From contig JAVJNR010000004.1 in NCBI GenBank assembly GCA_040217195.1, forward strand, positions 320,001-384,000: DNA of 64,000 bases, in the 5' to 3' direction. The DNA is from Leptospiraceae bacterium (GTDB taxonomy: Bacteria; Spirochaetota; Leptospiria; Leptospirales; Leptonemataceae). A model generated the notes under the pieces. It saw only the letters and a program-made list of their open reading frames with translations. It was not told the origin of the DNA and did not search any database. Both the position numbers and the translations under genes were made by a program. Below, in pieces: positions 19,810 through 30,526 of the stretch; positions within the stretch are counted from its first letter, which is position 1, and each line of letters starts with the position of its first letter.

Positions 19810-21536
19810 TCCGGATAGCCACTCGAGGATCCCATCTCGCTCTGGCCCAGGCCCGGGCTGTTCAAACCATGCTGCAAACCAGAGCGGGCGTGGAATCAGA
19901 ATTAATAATCATCAAAACCAGGGGCGATCAAATTCAAGCGCCTCTACACCTCTCCTCCAATGAAGCCAAAGGCTTTTTCACAAAAGAAATCGAAGATGCT
20001 CTAATAGCCAATGAAGCAGACATCGCAGTACATTCCTACAAAGATCTGCCCACGGCTTCTGTTCCGGGCCTGATCATTGCTGCCCTCCCAGAACGAATTT
20101 CTCCTCTGGATACAATGGTCTTTCTAAAAAAACATCAGGTGAAGGATTCCTTTCCCTGGATCGGCGAAGATGGATTCGTAGGCACCTCATCCCTGCGAAG
20201 GGTATCGCAACTACTGTATAGAGCGTCCCATCTAAAGACATGCGATATACGAGGAAATGTTCCCACGCGCATTCGCAAGATGGTCACCAGCCAGGCACCG
20301 GATACAATTCATTCCATATTGCTTTCCGGTGCAGGAATAGAAAGGCTAAAAGCCACCGGCGAACTGATCGAAGACGAATTACAGGAAATTCTGGAAAACG
20401 AAGAGCTACAATTTCAGCCTCTAAGACCCGAGCATATGGTACCGGCTCCGGCGCAAGGAACACTGGCATTGCAGTGCAGGCAGGATGATGCAGAGACTCA
20501 GGCCCTGCTTTTACGACTAAATGATTCAGAACTCTCCACAATTTCCAGAATTGAACGCACGGTACTGGCAGGCCTGGAAGGTGGATGTAATTTGCCTCTG
20601 GGAGTATTTGCCCATCGGGTGGCCGGAGCCGAGACCTTTGGAGCCCATGTATACCTGGGAGAGGAGTTCGAAGGAAATCGCAGGCAGAGATCTCATTATG
20701 CATACAGAGAAGACAGCGATCCGGATCGACTTGCAGGAAGAATTCTAGAGGAGCTAATCCAACCTCCAAAGATTTTCGTTTTTGGAAAAGAAGACCGTAT
20801 GATAGATCTGGAAGACCGGTTACCGGACATTCTTCCGATTGAAAGCCTGGTGGAAACCATCCCTGCCATTCGAGTAGTACGCGAGGACTGGACTGAACCT
20901 CAAACACAGGAAGTCCGAACCGAAATAGCGCAAAAGAATAGAGTTATACTATGCATTTTCAGTAGCTCGGCTGTGGAGATTCTGAAAAGCCGATTTTCAA
21001 ACGGTGATGCATTGAAGGAGTGTCTGGGAATTACGGATCAACATCTGGATGTTCGCTGGGCTACCACCGGTGAATCCACCGCTCGAGCCATCCATGAACT
21101 GGCCAGAGGCGAGGATATCTTGATCAGTGAGGACGGTACTTCCGCAGGTCTGGAACTGGAACTTCAATCCCTGAATAACCAGGACACTGCATTCGTATTT
21201 CTGGTCTCTAGAAATGGCAGAAAGGAACTCATCCAGGCTTTACGTTCCGGACCCGGCTCGATTCTGGAGATGCCAGTCTATCGAAGCGAAAGCATTCCAC
21301 TGGATTCGGCTGTGGTTGAAAAAATCAAGAATTCCAGCGAATCCTGCTACATCCTGGCCGGTAGTCCTTTGACGCTGGAGACTCTGCAGGTGTCTGGCCT
21401 GCTGGCAGATCCAAACGGTATTCGATTGCTTTGCCTGGGTAGGACGACCTGCGATTTGGCCCGTAATCTGGGCCTGCATCCCTATGCTGTGGCCAGTAGC
21501 CCGGACTACGTGAAATTCCTGTCCGAATTTTTTTAG
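19806..21536 (+). CDS. hemC: Hydroxymethylbilane synthase fused to a C-terminal uroporphyrinogen-III synthase (HemD)-like domain
   Basis: IRIATRGSHLALAQA, KGFFTKEIE, GTSSLRR, LEGGC. C-terminal ~250 aa has FSSSAV, GESTARAI, PVYRS, LGRTT. GTGA-coupled to hemA. Confidence 0.92.
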   Translation: MIRIATRGSHLALAQARAVQTMLQTRAGVESELIIIKTRGDQIQAPLHLSSNEAKGFFTKEIEDALIANEADIAVHSYKDLPTASVPGLIIAALPERISPLDTMVFLKKHQVKDSFPWIGEDGFVGTSSLRRVSQLLYRASHLKTCDIRGNVPTRIRKMVTSQAPDTIHSILLSGAGIERLKATGELIEDELQEILENEELQFQPLRPEHMVPAPAQGTLALQCRQDDAETQALLLRLNDSELSTISRIERTVLAGLEGGCNLPLGVFAHRVAGAETFGAHVYLGEEFEGNRRQRSHYAYREDSDPDRLAGRILEELIQPPKIFVFGKEDRMIDLEDRLPDILPIESLVETIPAIRVVREDWTEPQTQEVRTEIAQKNRVILCIFSSSAVEILKSRFSNGDALKECLGITDQHLDVRWATTGESTARAIHELARGEDILISEDGTSAGLELELQSLNNQDTAFVFLVSRNGRKELIQALRSGPGSILEMPVYRSESIPLDSAVVEKIKNSSESCYILAGSPLTLETLQVSGLLADPNGIRLLCLGRTTCDLARNLGLHPYAVASSPDYVKFLSEFF

Positions 21537-21766
21537 AATTCTCCTCTGGCCATTTCGGTCCTGACTCATCGGGCTTTCTGGACGAAAAATTAGAATGCAA
21601 TCTGAATATCGCCCGGTCAGATCCAGGTGTTTCATAGAACCAGGGTGCCGATTCAATTGTTTTGTCCTTTGCAACTTTCCCGGGCCCTGGATTCTGGCCA
21701 GACCTGTGGATTCAATTCGGCAGCGTCAATGCAATACGAAAAGCGGCAACGCCGCTGGAGCTTTTC

Positions 21767-24253
21767 ATGAATAGATGGGAGAGATTTCAGGAGATCAGCC
21801 TAAAAGTGGCAAAAGTGGCCGCTCCGGTGATGCTCACACTGGGAACCATTTTTAGTGGTTTGCTAATCGGTTATCTTATCTCCGAGATACAGAGCCAGAA
21901 GCAGCTAAAATTTCTGGTTGGCTATGAGCCTACTCCTCCCACAAGACTGTATGACCGGGACGGTAGAGTGTTTGCAGAACTCTACAGACAGCGCCAGGAG
22001 CTAATTCCATTCCATACTATTCCCCCGCACGTGGTGCATGCATTTCTCAGCACCGAGGATGATAACTTTTTCAATCATTTTGGAATCGATATTCCCGGTA
22101 TCTTTCGCGCCGCAATAAAAAACCTGCTCGCCGGACGAGTGGTCCAGGGCGGTTCCACTCTAACTCAGCAACTGGCCAAACAACTAATCCTGGATGCAGA
22201 AGGAAGCCGGAATCGAACCTTCAACCAGAAACTGAGAGAAACTGTACTTGCTCTACAGCTGGAAGAAGAGCTTAGCAAAGAAGAGATTCTAGAAGTCTAT
22301 TTCAATATCATTTACCTGGGTCATGGATGTCAGGGACTGGCCTGCGCCAGTCAGATATTTTTCAAAGAGAAGGTACCTGACCTGACTCTGCCTCAGGGTG
22401 CCGTTCTGGCGAGAATGCCCAAAGCTCCGGTGGACTACTCTCCTTTTCGGAATCCTAGAAAGGCTATGGAGCAGCATAAGGTCATTCTGAGCCTCATGGC
22501 CAACGATGGAATTATCGAAGAAGAAGAAATAGATAGCATTCATAAGAATTTCTGGAGGGAGTACTGGGTTCAGGTTGTGGTTGAATACCCGGGCCAGACT
22601 ACCTGGGGCCAGAAATTATACAAAGCCCCCTACTTCACCGAACACGTAAGACAGATTCTGGAAGCCAATCCATCCATTGGAGAAGAAAAACTTTACGGCG
22701 AAGGACTCCGAGTGTACACAACTCTGGATTTGATTCAGCAGGAAGTTGCTGAAGAAGAAATCCAGAAATCACTGAAACGAGTTAATGTTGGTAGCCCCAT
22801 TCTAAGACAGGATGTGTATGGCTACACCGCCAAGGATCCAAGAAGTCTATTTCGCAAAGGCCTGGAGGATAGTTCTGACCTCGATGCATTGCAACTTCTG
22901 GGATACGTAACACCGAACTGGAATCCAACGGCTGCGATAGATCAGTTCCGCGCTCAGAGCGTAAACTACAGAACCAACACCCAGGTTCAGGCCGCCTATA
23001 TCAGTATCCATCCTTCGACCGGCTATATTACAGCTATGATTGGCGGGGCCGACTTTTCGCCTCGCAACCAGTTTAACCGGTCCATACTGGCCAAACGACA
23101 GCCGGGAAGTTCTTTCAAGATCTTCGTTTATGGCGCAGGCATCGAGCAACGAGCCATAAATACAAGTACCGGATTAAATGACCTGCCATTTGCATTGATT
23201 TCTCGTACCGGTCGAGTGTGGGATCCCAGCAACTATTCGGAAGGATTCAGCGGCGTGGTGCCTGCCAAAACGGCTCTTGCACTTTCTTTAAATACATGCG
23301 CTGTTCAAACCTTCTTTCGAGTGGGCGCTGAACCGGTCATAGATCTATCATCCAGGCTAATGAAAATCCAGGATCGATCCAGGTTCAATCCAGATCCGGC
23401 CATGGCTCTGGGGGCCAGCGAAGTGACTCCTCTGGAAATGGCTCAGGCTCTGGCCATCATAGGTAACAAAGGAAAGGATGTGATTCCTTTTGCCATTCGC
23501 TATGTAACAGATTCGGATGGAAATGTCCTATACAACAAAGAGGCTGCCATTCGTAAGATTATTGCCATCAAAACACAAACGGGTCAGATCCAGGTTATTG
23601 AGCCGGCCCTTGCATACATCATGCGCGATATGATGGAAGAGGTGGCCAATGCAGGTACAGCCCAGGCCGGTCTGCGAAGCTATCAGCATGATGGTGGATT
23701 ATTCCAGGGAGACTTTGCAGCCAAGACCGGCACGACGCAGCAATGGTCCGATGCCTGGCTAGTGGGTTTCAATCCAGACTTTGCCCAGGCGATCTGGTTC
23801 GGCTACGATCAGGGCAAATTTTCCATGGGAGGCCAATGGGCCGGTGGATCTCTGGCAGCCCCAACGGTTGGTAGAATCATGTCATCCTACTACAAACGAG
23901 CTCGCAGGGATGCGCCTCGGTTCGACCGGGATAGGCCGGATGGAATCGCAGGCGCAGATTGCAATGGAATGGCTCTTGCCCCCGTGGAAGAAAATGGTGA
24001 GCGGATCGAAGCCCCTACGGATGGAGTGTGCGCCAACGATCCCAACTTGAAGATCTATGATCAGCGAGAGCTGATCATGAAGGAATTCGGGATTACCAAA
24101 GAAGACCTGGGTCTGGAAGAATGGGAACGATTGATGTTCAAGTATGAAAACCTGGAGCAAAAGCGAAAGGAGCGGGAACAGCGCATCAAAGAAGAAAAAA
24201 TGGGAATCGATCCTTCCAGCGATAAGGATAAACCTGCCGAGGAACAGGGCTAG
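21767..24253 (+). CDS. Class A penicillin-binding protein (PBP1A family)
   Basis: Transglycosylase EDDNFF, QGGSTLTQQLAK; transpeptidase QPGSSFK, SLN, KTGT; one N-terminal TM helix. Confidence 0.95.
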   Translation: MNRWERFQEISLKVAKVAAPVMLTLGTIFSGLLIGYLISEIQSQKQLKFLVGYEPTPPTRLYDRDGRVFAELYRQRQELIPFHTIPPHVVHAFLSTEDDNFFNHFGIDIPGIFRAAIKNLLAGRVVQGGSTLTQQLAKQLILDAEGSRNRTFNQKLRETVLALQLEEELSKEEILEVYFNIIYLGHGCQGLACASQIFFKEKVPDLTLPQGAVLARMPKAPVDYSPFRNPRKAMEQHKVILSLMANDGIIEEEEIDSIHKNFWREYWVQVVVEYPGQTTWGQKLYKAPYFTEHVRQILEANPSIGEEKLYGEGLRVYTTLDLIQQEVAEEEIQKSLKRVNVGSPILRQDVYGYTAKDPRSLFRKGLEDSSDLDALQLLGYVTPNWNPTAAIDQFRAQSVNYRTNTQVQAAYISIHPSTGYITAMIGGADFSPRNQFNRSILAKRQPGSSFKIFVYGAGIEQRAINTSTGLNDLPFALISRTGRVWDPSNYSEGFSGVVPAKTALALSLNTCAVQTFFRVGAEPVIDLSSRLMKIQDRSRFNPDPAMALGASEVTPLEMAQALAIIGNKGKDVIPFAIRYVTDSDGNVLYNKEAAIRKIIAIKTQTGQIQVIEPALAYIMRDMMEEVANAGTAQAGLRSYQHDGGLFQGDFAAKTGTTQQWSDAWLVGFNPDFAQAIWFGYDQGKFSMGGQWAGGSLAAPTVGRIMSSYYKRARRDAPRFDRDRPDGIAGADCNGMALAPVEENGERIEAPTDGVCANDPNLKIYDQRELIMKEFGITKEDLGLEEWERLMFKYENLEQKRKEREQRIKEEKMGIDPSSDKDKPAEEQG

Positions 24254-24341
24254 GAGCCGAGCCTATACCGCAGGGTTATTTCAGTCCATTCACAGAAAGG
24301 CCCTGCCTGCATTCGGCTCCTCCAACCTGGGCGAGCCCGGT

Positions 24342-25409
24342 TCAACGATTCATTATTGCGGGAAAAATAAAGCTAATGCCAAAGATATTTCCGTGCTTGA
24401 ATATCTCGGGCGGCGGAGGGCCAAAGTTATGTCCTTCCAGAGATCTTACGCAGGCCTGGTCCACCGGACGCTGCCCCATACTGGATACAACCCGTGTATC
24501 GCGCACGGTGCCTTCTTCATCGATCAGGAATAGTACTCGAACCACCTGGGGTTTAATCGGTTGCGACAGTACGGTTCCAGCAGAGTCTCTATAAACCAGA
24601 TTCAGACCTGGAGGAGCAAAATTGCTGCGCACCTGTCGAAGCAAATCCCTGAAGTATTTATACCCTTCCAGTTCCCGACGAGGAATGGAAAGACTGGTGG
24701 ACTGATCGTATCGCATGGCAAAATCATTCTGGAAACGATAATTTGCCGGTATTCGCATTGGCATAGACTCTGTAGCTCGGTCCGATTGACCTTGCTGATT
24801 CGTGCCGGTAGTTGCCTGGCGTTCATTGTTATTATTGTTTCTGGATTGATTGTTCTGCTGCTGACTTTGATTTCTTTCCGGCGGCCCGCCGGGCCCATCT
24901 CCACTGTCGAACCCCTGGTAAGCTGCTTCGGTGGCGGATTGCCCTCCCCCTGGACCTCCGCCGGATTCAACGGCCTGCCCGGAGCGAGTGCTTCCATAAG
25001 AAACCTGCAGTACATCATCCCTGGAAAGAGTATGAAATCCGTACCGCTCCGTCAGTCCCCCGGAACCTCCGGCATTTACATCCGAAAGGGCTGCCTTTTC
25101 TGACCGTGTTACCGGAGCTGCATAATCCTGCTCAAGAAGTACCGGGTATACCATACTTCGGCTGGGCTGCTCGGAGGACATCATCCGATCGAATAACTCC
25201 ACAATACGAGAGTCCCTTTCTTCAGTTATCAAAAATGAAACGGATGAGGCGAACAGGAACACAACACAGCCACCGGCCAGAAGGATTCTATCTTCCCATT
25301 GACCGGTGGAAATGTTGGAAAAAGCATCCAGCCAGCGCATAAAGAATGGCCTGGGCCCCTTCGCATACCCTTCCGGGATTTTGGAATTATGCTCAATTGC
25401 GGTTTGCAT
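24342..25409 (-). CDS. TonB C-terminal domain protein with TM anchor and G/Q/N-rich linker
   Basis: C-terminal VRVLFLIDEEGTV...SSMG...DQACVRSL...FGPPP. ATG lies 1 nt after the ruvB stop. Confidence 0.7.
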   Translation of the reverse strand: MQTAIEHNSKIPEGYAKGPRPFFMRWLDAFSNISTGQWEDRILLAGGCVVFLFASSVSFLITEERDSRIVELFDRMMSSEQPSRSMVYPVLLEQDYAAPVTRSEKAALSDVNAGGSGGLTERYGFHTLSRDDVLQVSYGSTRSGQAVESGGGPGGGQSATEAAYQGFDSGDGPGGPPERNQSQQQNNQSRNNNNNERQATTGTNQQGQSDRATESMPMRIPANYRFQNDFAMRYDQSTSLSIPRRELEGYKYFRDLLRQVRSNFAPPGLNLVYRDSAGTVLSQPIKPQVVRVLFLIDEEGTVRDTRVVSSMGQRPVDQACVRSLEGHNFGPPPPEIFKHGNIFGISFIFPAIMNR

Positions 25410-25410
25410 G

Positions 25411-26391
25411 TCAGGAAAATAGCTCGGAGGAGGAATACTTGATTCCAAAATGTTCGTAGGCCACCCGGGTCACTCGACGCCCCTGGGGACTCTTTTCGAT
25501 CAATCCCAGACGTAACATGAATGGTTCATGATCCTCTTCCAGAGTTCGATCTTCTTCATCCACCAGAGCTGCCAGGGTTTTTAGTCCAACCGGACCGCCA
25601 CCATATCGATCAATCATAAGACGCAAGACCTTGCGGTCCAGTTCATTGAGTCCTTTTTCATCAATGCCCATTCTCTGCAGGCAGTCCCGAACAAAGTTCG
25701 CCTGGATCACATCCACTTTTTCTACTGTAGCATAATCCCGGATTCGACGCAACAATCGATTGGCCTCTCTGGGTGTCATACGAGCTCTGTGCGCAATCTC
25801 AAGGGTAGCTTCAGCGTCCAGACTGAGAGACAGTACCTGAGCTGTTCTCTGTAAAATTATAGATAGTTCTTCAGCACCATAGAAATCCAGTTTAAGATCC
25901 AGGCCAAAACGGTTCTTTAAAGGTGCTGAAAGCATTCCAGACCTGGTGGTTGCACCAACCAGAGTAAAGGGCTTTAGATGAATTTTGACGCTTCGAGCGG
26001 CCACCCCTTCGCCCAGTACCAGATCAATGACTCCATCCTCCATGGCAGGATAAAGGATTTCTTCGCACTGTCGATTTAGGCGATGGATTTCATCAATAAA
26101 AAGTACATCTCCTTTTTCCAGGAGAGTTAACATTCTGGCCAGGTCTCCGGGCTTCGTAATGGCCGGCGCGCTGGTTGAATGCAAGTTGCTGCCCATTTCC
26201 CTGGCTATGATGGCAGCCAGTGTCGTTTTTCCGAGCCCCGGGGGTCCGGAGAAAAGTACATGATCCAGAACCTCACCGCGATGGAGGGCCGCATCCACCG
26301 AAACACGTAACCTTTCTTTGAGCGGAGCCTGACCAATGAACTGACCCAGGCTTTCCGGCCTTAGACTCAGATCATCATTGATTTCGGTCAT
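25411..26391 (-). CDS. ruvB: Holliday junction branch migration helicase RuvB
   Basis: SLRP, GPPGLGKTT Walker A, FIDEIHRL, EEILYPAMED, GGGPVG. Confidence 0.97.
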   Translation of the reverse strand: MTEINDDLSLRPESLGQFIGQAPLKERLRVSVDAALHRGEVLDHVLFSGPPGLGKTTLAAIIAREMGSNLHSTSAPAITKPGDLARMLTLLEKGDVLFIDEIHRLNRQCEEILYPAMEDGVIDLVLGEGVAARSVKIHLKPFTLVGATTRSGMLSAPLKNRFGLDLKLDFYGAEELSIILQRTAQVLSLSLDAEATLEIAHRARMTPREANRLLRRIRDYATVEKVDVIQANFVRDCLQRMGIDEKGLNELDRKVLRLMIDRYGGGPVGLKTLAALVDEEDRTLEEDHEPFMLRLGLIEKSPQGRRVTRVAYEHFGIKYSSSELFS

Positions 26392-26467
26392 GCGCAATGA
26401 GCGCTCGGGGATCATCTCAACAAGGTACGCTCTTCCAGTTCTGCAATCCAGCGGTTTTTCTGGGAGC

Positions 26468-27154
26468 TCAGGAATAGATAATGAATACAGCAGGCTTTTT
26501 GGGCAAACGGAGGGATTTCAGATCCCTGGACTTCATTCGATGGTATTGCTCATCAGCCTGACCCATATCTACGGCAATGAATACAGAACTCTTGGCCGGC
26601 AATTCTGTGGCCAGCTCTGCTGGAATTTCCGGCACACGATGGGGGGCCTCGTAGAATACAAAAGGATGCCCCATTGCTGACACCGATGAGAAGAATGCCT
26701 GTCTGCTTTTTTTCTCCCTGGGCGGAAATCCGCCAAATGTAAAGGGGCCATTCAGACCGGCTCTGCTCAGCGCCGAAGTCATGGCCGTAGGACCACCAAT
26801 CACCTGGATATTGAATCCGTTCTCCTCTGCAATCTTCAGCCATTCCTGGCCCGGGTCTTCGATCACAGGCATGCCCGCATCGGAAACCAGAAGTAAATGC
26901 ACAGGCTGACGCAAACTTAGATCGATTAGTTCGGCCAGAAAGGACTGGTATTCCGATTCCCGGGTCTTCTTATCAAAGACTATGAATCTTTCATCCGGGA
27001 TTTCGAGTCCTGCTCTTTTGAAATGACTCTGAGCTCCTCGTTTGCTTTCGCACAGAATGAACTGACAATGCTCGGCCAGCTCCACAGTGGCCAGAGCCAT
27101 CTCCCCTGGATGGCCAAGAGGCATTCCTGCAATGGTCAGGTTGATCTGGTGCAT
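26468..27154 (-). CDS. RsmI-like SAM-dependent methyltransferase (tetrapyrrole methylase fold)
   Basis: PLGHPGEM, VSDAGMPVIEDPG, FTFGGFPPR, FYEAPHR. Confidence 0.85.
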   Translation of the reverse strand: MHQINLTIAGMPLGHPGEMALATVELAEHCQFILCESKRGAQSHFKRAGLEIPDERFIVFDKKTRESEYQSFLAELIDLSLRQPVHLLLVSDAGMPVIEDPGQEWLKIAEENGFNIQVIGGPTAMTSALSRAGLNGPFTFGGFPPREKKSRQAFFSSVSAMGHPFVFYEAPHRVPEIPAELATELPAKSSVFIAVDMGQADEQYHRMKSRDLKSLRLPKKPAVFIIYS

Positions 27155-27174
27155 GATGGAAAGTTCAGCGCAAC

Positions 27175-28104
27175 CTATGAATGGCCCACAGGTCGGTAAT
27201 CTTTATTACCATCCGGATTGCTAACCTCAAAATTTTGAATTAGAAACCCTTCCTGTTCGGCCACACTTCGCAGGTCCTCTTTACCCCGATCCACCAGCAA
27301 AGCCATGGTGGCTGCGCGTAGCATGTCCAGATCCGTAAAGGAATCTCCTGCAGCAAAATCAATGGTTCTATCGTCCAGTTCACGAATTGCCTGTACCTTT
27401 CCAGGTCCGAAAGTCATGGGCTCTTCAATGTACGGCAGTAAGAAATCATCCTTTCTTTTCAGTCGCATACCTCGTACGGCCGCCTCTTCCAGGTTCCAGT
27501 GATTGATCACAGATTGAATGGTGGGCTCGGGTGAGGCAGTAATGATTCTTACCGTCCAGCCCGAAGAAAGCATGGACTGAATTAATTCATAGATTTCTGG
27601 AATGATTCGAATTCCCCTGGGAATCTTTCGGCCGGAAGGGAGCTCTTCAGAATTCAAAGGTAATCTGGATTCATCCTGGAAAACGTAGGAGGCAATGCTT
27701 CTTAACTCTTTTTCTGGCAGGTTACCAAACAGACTTCGAGTCCACCTGTAGGCTTGCTCCAGGCCGGCATTGTGCACCAGGCTTTCATACAGACCCAGCA
27801 ACTCATCTACCCATTCCAGATGGGCCTGAATATCTTCGAAAGCCTGATTTCTATCCCAGGAAGAGCGTATATCCTGAAGCACCTTATTGGAAAGTGATGG
27901 ATGAGATATTTCCTGCCAGAATTCGTCCAGGTCTGCACGAACCAGCCCTTGAAAGGCAATGTAGTACATGCAGGCTTCGCCCAGGTCGCCATGTATTAGG
28001 GTGTTGTCGAAATCGAAAACTGCCTGCCCGGGAGGTCCCTCAAGCAGGCTGTCTATACGTTTCCGATTTTCCGGTGTCCATTGGTCGGCACCGGTAGGGT
28101 TCAT
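27175..28104 (-). CDS. HAD-family (IB) phosphoserine-phosphatase-like hydrolase
   Basis: AVFDFDNTL, ITAS, GKV, AAGDSFTD. ATGA overlap with the upstream gene. Confidence 0.85.
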   Translation of the reverse strand: MNPTGADQWTPENRKRIDSLLEGPPGQAVFDFDNTLIHGDLGEACMYYIAFQGLVRADLDEFWQEISHPSLSNKVLQDIRSSWDRNQAFEDIQAHLEWVDELLGLYESLVHNAGLEQAYRWTRSLFGNLPEKELRSIASYVFQDESRLPLNSEELPSGRKIPRGIRIIPEIYELIQSMLSSGWTVRIITASPEPTIQSVINHWNLEEAAVRGMRLKRKDDFLLPYIEEPMTFGPGKVQAIRELDDRTIDFAAGDSFTDLDMLRAATMALLVDRGKEDLRSVAEQEGFLIQNFEVSNPDGNKDYRPVGHS

Positions 28105-28889
28105 TGTTCCTGCAGATTGAGGGCAGAAGCCTCAGATGGTTGATCATCCAGTTTTTCGCGTACCACGGTTTCAGGACGGGAAAGACCATATTGCAGAAAA
28201 TCTTCGGGATCGAGAGGCACATTCTCATAACGTACTTCCAGGTGAACGTGAGGGCCGGTGGATCGACCAGTGTTTCCGGAAAGTGCAATGGCCTGTCCGC
28301 GTTGAACATCATCCCCTACGCGAACCAGCACTTTAGTATTATGTGCATAGGTAGTTTCCGTACCATCTTTATGACGAATTATTACAGCGTTTCCGAATCC
28401 ACCCATCCATTGTGAGCGAACCACGGTTCCATCCATAGCAGCAACTACGATTGTCTTGGATGGACAGGCGAAATCCAGACCATTGTGATGTCCACCGAAT
28501 CGATTTCCAAACCCTGAGGATCGATTGGGAGTCTCAACAGGCCAGATCAGTTTTCGAGGATCTACCTGAAGGATTCTTCGGCCATATCCCCGTCGAACCA
28601 GTTCCGAATAGTATTCCTTGCTCATAGGAACGAATACATAGTCATCACTAACTTTGTTGCGATTAACCTTGTAAATTTCCTGAACAGTGGTGCCAAAGCG
28701 GTGAGCCAGACTGTGCAGCGATTGGCCGGCTGTTTCTTCCCAGCGACCAATGGCTCCATTATAAACCTGAATCACTTTATTATCGATAGTTACTGTTTCC
28801 AGTGCGCTGTTTTCAGTTTCTTCTGGCTGACCCGCCAGCAGGGATGTGGTTAGCAGCAAAGACGCTGCGATTGATATCAGTGCTTTCAT
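28101..28889 (-). CDS. LysM-M23 family peptidase
   Basis: Signal peptide, LysM-like SLHSLAHRFGTT, HNGLD and TGPHVHLE zinc motifs. Confidence 0.92.
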   Translation of the reverse strand: MKALISIAASLLLTTSLLAGQPEETENSALETVTIDNKVIQVYNGAIGRWEETAGQSLHSLAHRFGTTVQEIYKVNRNKVSDDYVFVPMSKEYYSELVRRGYGRRILQVDPRKLIWPVETPNRSSGFGNRFGGHHNGLDFACPSKTIVVAAMDGTVVRSQWMGGFGNAVIIRHKDGTETTYAHNTKVLVRVGDDVQRGQAIALSGNTGRSTGPHVHLEVRYENVPLDPEDFLQYGLSRPETVVREKLDDQPSEASALNLQEQ

Positions 28890-29362
28890 CTATTTTTCCA
28901 GAATTGAATAATTCCTTTCTTCCTTTTCCGACCAAAAAAATGAATCTAAATGCCATGTACCTTCGTCTACTGTAGGTAGAGTCAGCAACCTGGCTATCCA
29001 TGGTCGTATTTCCCTATAGAATCGGCGATGGAACGCTCAATCTATATCCGAATACCAGAAACCTGATTTCGGAACGGAATGCAGGCAATGTCCGCGGATA
29101 TAGCAGGTATGGCAATCACTTTTGACTGGTTTCAGGGCCCCACTAATCCCCGGGGTATACGGATTTGCCCGTATTTTTGCCCTTTCAACGCCTGAAATCC
29201 AGTTCGGGGCTTCCTGCACGGTAAGATCTCAGGCTTAACTCCCATATCAGGCTAGGATTTCATAGCCCGGACAAAGCAGCCGATTGTCATTTTAACTCAA
29301 GATTTGCAAGTATCCTGCATTGAAATTCCTTTCTCCTGTGCGGTACATTGTAGAATAGGGCC

Positions 29363-30508
29363 ATGTATACCACCGAGCAATTTCCCATTCGAAAGAACTG
29401 GAACTATTTGAACAACTCGGGCATCGCACCCATGTATGCTCCGGGCTGGGAAGCCGGGTCTGCTTTTGAACGGTCAAGGGCGGAAAAGGGACAGATGGCT
29501 TTTGCTGACATTGGATCGGTTCCTGGTGGGTTGAGGGAGGCTGCGGCCAAACTACTCCAGACCTCCGGTGATAATCTATCCTTCATGAAAAACACAGCCG
29601 AAGGGCTTTCTACAATTACAGCTGGTTATCCATTTGAACCAGGGGATGAAATCATTAGCTATATTCATGAGTATCCTTCCAATCACTATCCTTACGTTCT
29701 TCAAAAAGATCGAGGAGTGGTGCTTAAACTAATACCGGACAGTAAGATGCATGAGCATCAAAGTGAGGGGATGCCAGGTGGTTTCGCATTAAAAGATGTG
29801 GAAGCTCTAATCACCGACCGCACACGAATGATTGGATTGAGCCATGTGCAGTTTACCAGCGGATTTGCCTGCGACGTGCAGGAACTGGGAGACCTCTGTG
29901 CAGACCGAGGAATCGATCTTGTAATCGACGGAGCGCAGAGCATGGGTATCCTGCCTCTGTATCCTGAAAAGTGGAACGTATCTGCCATCGCAGCTTCGGG
30001 CTGGAAATGGATGATGGGACCGGTAGGCACTGGACTGCTCTATACATCACCTTCCTTTCGCAAGAAGATTCGCCAGACCATGGCCGGCGCAGACCTGATG
30101 AAACAGGGACAGGATTATCTAAACCATAGCTGGCAGCCCTACGATGATGGACGTCGCTTCGAATACTCAACGGTGCCAGTATCCCTGGCCATTGCACTGG
30201 AGAAATGTATTCGAGATATCCATCTTGCAAAAGGAATCGAGGCGATTCGGCAGCATAATCATAGGCTACAGGATGCCTTTCTGGCGAAACTGAACAACAG
30301 TGAAATCCATCCGGTTCAATTTGAGCAGAAGCATAGAAGTGGAATTCTTTCTCTGGTCTATGAAAATCCAGAGAAGCTCTGTAATCATCTAAAAAGCAAT
30401 GGAGTAATCGTCACCCATCGAGGAGGCTACTGCCGCATCGCACCTCATGTGTACAATACCGTGGAAGATGTGGAGAGAGCTGCCGAGTTACTTAATTCGC
30501 TAAACTGA
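29363..30508 (+). CDS. Class V PLP-dependent aminotransferase / cysteine desulfurase-like protein
   Basis: YLNNSG, NTAEG, DGAQS, SGWKW (PLP Lys), RIAPHVYN. Confidence 0.9.
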   Translation: MYTTEQFPIRKNWNYLNNSGIAPMYAPGWEAGSAFERSRAEKGQMAFADIGSVPGGLREAAAKLLQTSGDNLSFMKNTAEGLSTITAGYPFEPGDEIISYIHEYPSNHYPYVLQKDRGVVLKLIPDSKMHEHQSEGMPGGFALKDVEALITDRTRMIGLSHVQFTSGFACDVQELGDLCADRGIDLVIDGAQSMGILPLYPEKWNVSAIAASGWKWMMGPVGTGLLYTSPSFRKKIRQTMAGADLMKQGQDYLNHSWQPYDDGRRFEYSTVPVSLAIALEKCIRDIHLAKGIEAIRQHNHRLQDAFLAKLNNSEIHPVQFEQKHRSGILSLVYENPEKLCNHLKSNGVIVTHRGGYCRIAPHVYNTVEDVERAAELLNSLN

Positions 30509-30526
30509 GAGTCTGCTGAAGTCACT

